64,000 nucleotides of DNA, from assembly GCA_951406725.2 (NCBI GenBank), contig OX597838.1:25110001-25174000 (forward strand). The letters run 5' to 3'. Made by a program: the position numbers and the translations under genes. The notes beneath the pieces were generated by a model. The model had not been told where the DNA came from and did no database searches. It saw nothing but the letters and a program-made list of their open reading frames with translations. The DNA is from Octopus vulgaris. Taxonomy: Eukaryota. Positions 55,031 through 64,000 of the stretch are shown here, one piece after another; the stretch's first letter is position 1; each line of letters begins with the position of its first letter.

Positions 55031-55837
55031 TGTGTGTGTGTTCTGTTCTGCTTTTAATCATTTAAAGTCTTCCTCTGAAGAAGGAGCTGGTTTCTAACAT
55101 CGTTGGAATGTAGACAATAAAAACAGTGTCACATTTCAAACCTGAGAAAAGTCTTGCAGAGTTTTACTGTTCCGCTTACAGATTGTATTTGTAATGTGTG
55201 ATGATCTCCTTTTCTGAAAATGCAATATTTTGCAGAATGACAGTTAGGCATTTACTTACTAACTCAAGGATACCAGTTATTATTGGTATAAATGTAAATT
55301 TGTAATCTGGGTATGAATGTATGTATGCATGCATGTATGCATGTATGTATGTGTGTGTATATATGTATGTGTGAGTGTATTATGTATGCATGTATGTGTG
55401 TACGTATGTATGTGTGTACGTATGTATGTGTGTACGTATGTATGTGTGTGTGTTATGTATGTGTGTGTGTGTGTATGTATGTACATATGTATGTATGCAT
55501 CCATGTATGTATATATGTATGTATGTATGTATGCATCTATGTATGTATATATGTATGTATGTAGTATGTATGTATGTGTGTGTATGTATGTATGCATGTA
55601 TGTATGTATGTGTGTGTATGTATAAATTTATGTGTGTATTATGTATGTATGTGTGTATGTATGTATGTGTGTGTATGTATGTGTATATATGTATATGTGT
55701 GTATGTATGTGTGCGTGTATGTATGTGTGTGTATATATGCATGTGTGTATGTGTGTTTATGTATGTGTGTGTATGTATCTTTGTATGTGTATGTTTATGT
55801 ATGTGCTAGGAAGTAGAAATACTCAAATTGGTGCTCT

Positions 55838-56225
55838 TTTTACTTGTTTGAGGCATTTGACTGTGGGCATGCTGGAGCACTGCCTTTAATCAAACAAACT
55901 GACCCCAGGACATATTCTTTGTAAGCCTAGTACTTATTCTATCAGTGTCTTTTGCCGAACCACTAAGTTACAGGGATGCAAACACACCAGCATTAGTTGT
56001 CAAGCAATAGTGGGGGGACAAATACACACACAAACACCCCCACACACACACACACATATATATATAACAGGCTTCTTTCAGTTTCCGTCTACTACATCCA
56101 GTCACAAAGCTTTGGTCGGCCTGAGGTTATAGTAGGAGATACTTACCCAAGGTGTCACACATTGGAACTGAACCAAGAACCATGTGGCTTGTAATCAAGC
56201 TTCTTACCACACAGCCACTCCTGTG
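55838..56225 (-). mobile_element. SINE family A copy
   Basis: Full-length reverse match, CpG-decayed. Confidence 0.85.
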
Positions 56226-56427
56226 ACTTTTATATGTATAGTTGAAATTTACAAAAAAAATAAAAGACAAAGACAGGTGTGTAAATAACAAACAGGTGTA
56301 TTAGTTTAACGCTCAGGAAGGTGAGAGTTTTATGTTTTGAGCCTATGCCCTTCGACCGAAAGGAACATGGAGATATGAACAGAGAGAGAATAAAAGAAGC
56401 TTTAGTGGATAGCCGTCAATCATGGCA

Positions 56428-56492
<65 letters not shown>

Positions 56493-57089
56493 ATCCAAAG
56501 CACAAAAAAACACAACAACGCAAGGACGTGGAACAAATATAGTATTATTGGATGCTCAGGAAAGAAGGAAAGAAGGAGGGTTTAACATTTCGAGCGGAGC
56601 TCTTTGTTGGAAACATAGGAGAAGGAAAGATCCAGAGAAAGGAAGACAGAGGAAAAAAAATCGCCAAATATACGACAGGCTTTTATCAGTTTCTGTCTAC
56701 CAAATCCACTCACAAGGCTTTGGTCAGCCCAAGGCTATAGTAGGAGGCACTTGCCCAAGGTGCCACTCAGAATATTGTGGTTGGTAAGCAATCTTCTTTT
56801 ATTCGTTATATTGGCCATAAAGGCCTTGCATAGAAGGGAAGCTACGGGCTGGACATAGACATAATGTTATGAAATGACAAATGAAAATGATGATAAATGA
56901 GGGCAACAAGCAACACCTGCTGATTGCTGCTTACCTGAGAACATTACTGTTTTATATTACATTCAGGAGGCAACAAACCTCTTGGTAAGCAATCTTCTTA
57001 CCACACAGCCACTCCTGTGTCTACTGAAGGTGCAGTAAGCCCTCTGGGAATGAGGGACTCTTGGTCTTTATCCATGTGTCCCTCTAAGG

Positions 57090-57527
57090 CAGTGTTTCTC
57101 AGCCATTTTTTACCTATCGACCCCTTTGGTTCCCATTTTATTTATATGGACCCTCCAAGCCTTTCAGTGTTTTAAAAAAAAATCATATATTTTTATAATT
57201 AAATATTATTAGGAATTGTATTTTTAAAAAACTGTTTAAAATATTTTGTGCATTGTAGAAGAATAACAAATTTATTGCAGATAAATTTTAACAACAAAGT
57301 CTTATATGGACCCCTAAAAGCCATATGGACCTCTAAAAGCCATATGGACCACTAAGAGCCATATGGACCCCTAAGAGCCATATGGACCTCTAAGAGCCAT
57401 ATGGACCCCTAAAAGCCATATGGACCCCTAAAAGTCATATGGACCCCTAAGAGCCCTATGGACTCCTAAGAGCCATATGGACCCCTAAGAGCCATATGGA
57501 CCCCTAAGACCCTGTTGAGTACCCTTG
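57090..57527. mobile_element. hAT MITE with internal 19-bp minisatellite
   Basis: Ends cagtgtttctcagcc / gttgagtacccttg; flanks ctctaagg / ctctaaga (7 of 8 bp TSD). Confidence 0.75.
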
Positions 57528-57646
57528 CTCTAAGAGAAGGTTAACTTATATAAAACCTGCTGCTCTACTGAGTCAAATATCTTGCACTTTGCTTATCTCG
57601 GGGCTTCTTGGTATTACTAGGTGCCAAGATTCTTGGTATTGCACAG

Positions 57647-59796
57647 CACCACAATGACTCCATTGTGGTGTTGTGCAAACCACACTCAACTTAAAAACCT
57701 TGCAAGGACATTGCTTACACTTAACACTTGACATCACGTGTTTTTAACTTTTGCTTCAGCGATGACGATACTCTTCAAATGAGTAGACAGCCATCATATA
57801 CGTGTCCGAGTAGACCTGTGCTTTCACTGCACCAGTTAATTGCAACAGCCTAATAGTATGCTTGACTATTGTCTGTAAGTTCCTGTCTTCTTCTTCTTCT
57901 TCTTCTTCTTCTTCTTCTTCTTCTAATCAGGGCTCATGCCATTAGCCACAAAGAATAATCCCTAATTCGAGCCTACTCTAAGCTACTAAGAATGTGTGTG
58001 GCAACTTGAAGATCCACCCACCACATACGATAGGCTGGCGGTTGCACGGGCGCGAAAGCTATGTTGTTATCCTCAGTCCGTAAACGGTGGCTTTTAACGG
58101 GTGGAGAGCTGAACCATCCTGGGATACAGAGGGTTCACAATCTAGACTAGGGTCTGAAAGTTTACCACACCATAGTGGGTTACACCATGGTTCCTCTGCT
58201 TTGTGGCAGAAGTAGGAAGAAAGAGTGAGAGAAAGTTGTGGTGAAAGAATACAGTGGAGCCTCGTGGAGCTTTAGGTGTTTTTGCTCAATAAACACTCAC
58301 AATGCCCGGTCTGGGAATTGAGACCGCGTTCTTATGACCGTGAGTCCGCTGTCCTAACCACTGGGTCATTGCGCCTCCACATAAGTTCCTGTTGGTTTCC
58401 TATTGTCTGTATGAGTTCAATGTGTATAGAAATTGACAAATATACAACAGCTAAGAATAAACACATCATCTTTTGCAAGTCTAAATGTTCATGAATATGC
58501 ATACATATGAACATATAGTCTTCTATTGTCCATTTCTGTTACTGGTTTCAGTCATCTGACTGCAGCCATACTGGAGCACAATTGTCAAGGGATTTAGTAT
58601 TTAGATCAGTCTGCATCTTATTCTATTGATCTTTGTTTATTGAATGGCTAATCAACTTTTTGGCTTAAAAGGGGATGCAACTTGACATACCAGTATGACA
58701 CACATGTACACACAGACACAGACACACCACAATGATTCCATTGTGGTATTGTGCAAACCACACTCAAATTAAAAACCTTACAAGGACATCGCTGACACTT
58801 AACACTTGACATCACGTGTTTTTAACTTTTGCTTCAGTGATGACGATACTCTTCAAATGAGTAGACAGCCATCACATACGCGTCCGAGTAGACCTGTGCT
58901 TTCACTGCACCAGTTAATTGCAACAGCCTAATAGTATGCTTGACTATAGTCTGTTAGTTCCTGTCTTCTTCTTCTTCTTCTTCTTCTTCTTCTAATCAGG
59001 GCTCATGCCATTAGCCACAAAGAATAATCCCTAATTCGAGCCTACTCTAAGCTACTAAGAATGCGTGTGGCAACTTGAAGATCCACCCACCACATACGAT
59101 AGACTGGCGGTTGCACGGGCGCGAAAGCTATGTTGTTATCCTCAGTCCGTAAACCGTGGCTTTTAACGGGTGGAGAGCTGAACCATCCTGGGGTACAGAG
59201 GATTCACAATCTAGACTAGGGTCTGAAAGTTTACCACACCATAGTGGGTTACACCATGGTTCCTCTGCTTTGTGGCAGAAGTAGGAAGAAAGAGTGAGAG
59301 AAAGTTGTGGTGAAAGAGTACAGTGGAGCCTCGTGGAGCTTTAGGTGTTTTTGCTCAATAAACACTCACAATGCCCGGTCTAGGAATTGAGACCGCGTTC
59401 TTATGACCGTGAGTCCGCTGTCCTAACCACTGGGTCATTGCGCCTCCACATAAGTTCCTGTTGGTTTCCTATTGTCTGTATGAGTTCAATGTGTATAGAA
59501 ATTGACAAATATACAACAGCTAAGAATAAACACATCATCTTTTGCAAGCCTAAATGTTCATGAATATGCATACATATGAACATATAGTCTTCTATTGTCC
59601 ATTTCTGTTACTGGTTTCAGTCATCTGACTGCAGCCATACTGGAGCACAATTGTCAAGGGATTTAGTATTTAGATCGGTCTGCATCTTATTCTATTGATC
59701 TTTGTTTATTGAATGGCTAATCAACTTTTTGGCTTAAAAGGGGATGCAACTTGACATACCAGTATGACACACATGTACACACAGACACAGACACAC
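57647..59796. repeat. Tandem duplication of a ~1.07-kb unit (57647-58724, 58725-59796)
   Basis: Two near-identical copies; the period shifts from 1078 to 1069 across a (TTC)n length difference. Confidence 0.95.
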
Positions 59797-59943
59797 ACAT
59801 ATACCCACACACACATGCATACATACACACACACCTATTTTTATACATATACATACCTGGATATATAGATATACATTGTGGTATATTTATGAACATATGT
59901 GTGTATGTGTGTGTATGTATGCGTGTGCATGTATATGTGTATG

Positions 59944-59979
<36 letters not shown>

Positions 59980-60126
59980 TTAATATAAATTGTACCTAGG
60001 TACTAATATAGTACCATAACAGAAAAATTTCAGCATCACTAAATGTGATTGACTGTGCCAGAAGCACCAATGTTGCTAGAAATAAGAGTTAAGACTCTTA
60101 ATGAATTCATTGGTGATTAAATTATG

Positions 60127-60431
60127 GGATATGACACTTTGGTCTAAAACACTTTAGTCTAAGATACTTTGGTCTAAAAGCATTTTCGTCTAAAGACACT
60201 TTCGTCTAAGCAATTTTTGTCTAAAGACGAAATGGATTATTAGAGTATAGTTATTTAGATCTTTTACATTTGATCTTTGAGATTCTATAGACAAAATAGT
60301 TGTTACACCAAAGTGAGTTTAGATAAAAATGTCTTTAGACTATAGTGTATTTATACAAAAGTCACTTTAGACCAAAGCTCTTTAACCATAGTGCATTAGA
60401 CTGAAGTGTTTTAGATGAAAAGTCTTGGATC
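60127..60431. mobile_element. Fold-back element with ~15-16-bp subrepeats in inverted arms
   Basis: Left arm repeats acactttggtctaaa; right arm repeats tttagaccaaagtgt-like units. Confidence 0.6.
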
Positions 60432-60505
60432 CTTAAATAATATGTATGTATGTATGTATAGCCATGTATGTATATATATATATATATATACATGTATATA
60501 TATAC

Positions 60506-60583
<78 letters not shown>

Positions 60584-60907
60584 ATATATATATAGAGAGA
60601 GATATGTGTATGTGTGTGTGTATGTATATGTATGTATATATATGTATGTATATGTTTATATATATATATATGGTTCAAAATTTTATGAAAACGAAAGTCA
60701 GAAACAGGTGAAGAAACAGCAAAGTGTATTAGTTTGATAGTCAGGAAAAATACGGGAAGAAGTCTTTGATGTTTCAAGCTTAAGTTTCTTCTACAGAAAG
60801 AAATGAGGAGAGAAAAACAGATGGAAAGAGGAAAAAGATGGAGAGAAAAATACACATCTAGATTAATGGTAGCACATTCTGAATTTATATATATGTGAGT
60901 ATATATA

Positions 60908-61522
60908 TCATCATCATTTAACATCCGCTTTCCATGCTAGCATGGGTTGGACGGTTCGACTGGGGTCTGGGAAGCCAAGAGGCTGCACCAGGCCCAGTCT
61001 GATCTGGCAGTGCTTCTACAGCTGGATGCCCTTCCTAATGCCAACCACTCCATGAGTGTAGTGGGTGCTTTTTACATGCCACCTGCACAGGTGCCAGGAG
61101 AGGCTGGCAATGGCCATGATTGGTTAGTGGCTTTTGCGTGCCACTGGCACGAAAGCCAGTTGAGGCGGAGCTGGCAACAGCCACGTTCGGATGGTTCTTA
61201 TACGTGCCACCAGCACTTGTATCACAACTACAATTTCCATTGATTTTTGATTGATTTCAATTTCGATTTCGATTTCACTTGCCTCAACAGGTCTTCGCAA
61301 GCAGAGTTTTGTGTCCCAAGAAGGGGAGGTATGCATAAGTGGACTGGCTACATCCCAGGTAAAGGCCACGAGTTATGGTCTCACTTGTCCTGCTGGGTCT
61401 TCTCAGGCACAGCATATTTCCAAAGGTCTCAGTCACTAGTCATTGCCTCGGTGAGACCTAAAGCTCGAAGGTCGTGCTTCACCACCTCGTCCCAGGTTTT
61501 CCTGGGTCTACCTCTTCCACAG
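60908..61522 (-). mobile_element. RTE LINE 3' end: ORF tail plus 3'UTR with (GAT)n tail
   Basis: CGRGRPRKTWDEVVKHDLRALGL... continues into ttaggaagggcatccagc...ccatgctagcatgg...gttaaatgatgatgat. Confidence 0.8.
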
Positions 61523-61751
61523 GCAACTCCATCTAGAAGAGCAGTAACTCCAGATAAAAACCAATACATCGTATATATATATATGTATGTATATACGATG
61601 GGCTTCTTTCAGTTTGTGTCTACTAAATCCACTCTCAAGGCTTTGGTCAGCCCAAGGCGACACTCACCAAAAGGTGCCATACAGTGGGGCTGAACCCAGA
61701 ACAATGTAGTTGGTAAGCAACCTTCTTACCACACAGCCACACCTGCACCTA

Positions 61752-61786
<35 letters not shown>

Positions 61787-62374
61787 CGCGTGTTTTACAC
61801 ACACACTCACTCACGTGCACATTAGCATGTGTACATGTACACATATATGTACAAATACATCAGGCTGTAATATCATACATATATTTATGCATCCTCAGAC
61901 ATAGAATAGGTGCCAAATTGCTGCACAGCAGAATAATAACACAACAAAAACAATAATGATAATAATAACAACAACAATGACAATGGTGATTTGTGGTGTT
62001 GGTGATGGTGGTGCTGGTGGTGGTGGTAGTGGTGGTGGTGGTGGTGGTGGTTTTGGTAATGATGATGATGGTGATGATGATGATGATGATAATGATGAGG
62101 AGGAGGAGGGGATGAGGAGGAGGAGGAGGGGGAGCACACTCAAAACACAGATATAGAAACTATAAAAGCAACAACAGCAATGCAACAACAACAACACCCA
62201 GAAAAAAAAAAGAAAAAAGACTTTATGAATGAGAAGATTGCAGCAGAAACGGCAGTGGTTTGTTGCTCTGTGGTGTGTCTCATACGTCCATTGGCGCAAC
62301 AATACATAGATACAATATGAATATTTAAATAGATTTGTTTTAGTTTCTATATCATAATGAAAGTGTGTTGCTAG

Positions 62375-63160
62375 TTTGGTGGTGGTGGTGATGGTGGTGG
62401 TGGTGGTGGTGGTGATGGTTGTGGGAGTGGTGATTGCCATGGTGGTGGTGGTGCTGATGGTGCTGGTGATGTTGGTGCTGGTGCTGGTGCTGGTGATGTT
62501 GGTGCTGGTGCTGGTGCTGGTTGTAGTGGTGTTGGTGGTGGTGGTAGTGATGGTAGTGATGGTGGTGGTGGTGGTGTGGTCTAGTGGTGTTGGTGGTGGT
62601 GGTAGTGATGGTGGTGGTGGTGGTGGTGGTTGTAGTGGTGTTGGTGGTGGTGGTAGTGATGGTGGTGCTGGTGGTGGTGGTAGTGGTGCTGGTAGTGGTG
62701 TTGGTGGTGCTGATGGTGCTGGTGATGTTGGTGCTGGTGCTGGTGCTGGTGATGTTGGTGCTGGTGCTGGTGCTGGTTGTAGCGGTGTTGGTGGTGGTGG
62801 TAGTGATGGTAGTGATGGTGGTGGTGGTGGTGGTTCTAGTGGTGTTGGTGGTGGTGGTAGTGATGGTGGTGCTGGTGGTGGTGGTAGTGGTGCTGGTAGT
62901 GGTGTTGGTGGTGGTGGTAGTGATGGTGGTGGTGGTGGTGGTCATTTCCATTGTCATCATTGTCAAACAAGCGATAGCTGTGGTGGTTGTAATCTTAGTG
63001 GTGATGGCCTGGGTGGTGGTGGTGATGGGCCGCGGTCATTGTCGTCATTGCTATCTTTGTCATTGTCATCGTGTTGGTGGTTGTGGTCATGGTGCTGGTG
63101 GTGGTGGTGTTGGTGGTTGTGGTCATGGTGCTGGTGGTGGTGGTGGTGGTGGTGGTGGAA
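62375..63160. repeat. (GGT/GAT/GCT)n trinucleotide low-complexity tract
   Basis: Direct inspection; similar tracts at 5290-5870, 6340-6635, 8920-9800 and 50960-52000. Confidence 0.95.
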
Positions 63161-64000
63161 CTGCTGCTGCTACTGTTAATCCTATCAATAATGATGATTA
63201 TTAAAGCAATGATGAGTGGTTGTTGTTGCTGTTGCTATTGTTTTTAGGAACAAGTCTAACCCTGATCTTGCTAAACTACAGTCAAAGGACTTAAGCAGTT
63301 TGGGATCTTATCAACGTCAGCCGCTTTCTTTGCCCAGTTGACCCAGTTGCAGACAATCAAGCCCCAACTTGCATCCCAACAGCAACCAGCCATGAATCTG
63401 GCCTCTTCATCTTAACCCTTTCGTTACCGACCTGGCTGAAACTGCCTCTGGCTTTGTAGTACAAATGTCATAAGCAAGCCAATATATATATATATCCAAA
63501 TCAAGAGAGTGGAACAGGTTAAAGCCAATAATATATATATATAACTATAAATCAGGAGGTATGAGGGGTGACTATATATTTATCTAACCATGTGACTCCT
63601 ATAAAATTATGGTTATTTGGCAACCTTCTTCATGTAGATTAATATCAGCATAGAAGAAATTATGTGCAGATGTTTGCATTAATATGTATGTGCAGCATTA
63701 TACAATGCAACTGTATATTCACAAATTAATGCAAATAAGGAAATCTAGCTCATCAGATCACAGGACCATCATGATTACACCAATAATTCAACTCTAAATG
63801 CACACACAAAATTTCCTCTTTACATACACAATGTATGGAAAGCCAAAATTGGACAGAAGTTAGATTGATTTGGTCAGTAAAAGTGAAGATATATTGTGTT
63901 GCTTCATAGTAATTAAGTTGAATTGCTAGATAGAATTCAAGGAATTGACAATCGTTAATACGAACAAGAAATAAAAATAGGCAAGTCCATAAGAGGAGCT

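Noticed and set aside
55075-55100. CTGAAGA hammerhead core
   Set aside because: No stem II followed by GAAA.
57304-57510. CRISPR-like array
   Set aside because: Contiguous repeats with no unique spacers, no cas genes, and a eukaryotic context.

Overview
AT-rich eukaryotic DNA saturated with microsatellites. The SINE families and repeat landscape look like an octopus (coleoid cephalopod) genome; this is an inference. Almost all ORFs in the supplied track are microsatellite translations. One real gene is detectable on the minus strand: a 31-nt first coding exon (40500-40530, MSLAGVPTSQ) splices in phase to a 109-nt exon (30532-30640) encoding the first half of a LIM zinc finger, most likely LIM kinase. 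No further exon was found below 30.5 kb. The rest is tRNA-derived SINEs, RTE and R4/Dong-like LINE fragments, Tc1/mariner, hAT, piggyBac-like, Mutator-like and Helitron non-autonomous elements, minisatellites, fold-backs and a 1.07-kb tandem duplication. The most striking signal is a set of minimal type I hammerhead-ribozyme (HHR) motifs of the Penelope-like kind. The best case is a ~265-bp palindromic element with an HHR-like motif on each strand, present twice in inverted orientation (28807-29070, 29962-30226) just downstream of the LIM exon, so each strand carries two motifs 1227 nt apart. Repeat boundaries were read by eye and are approximate.
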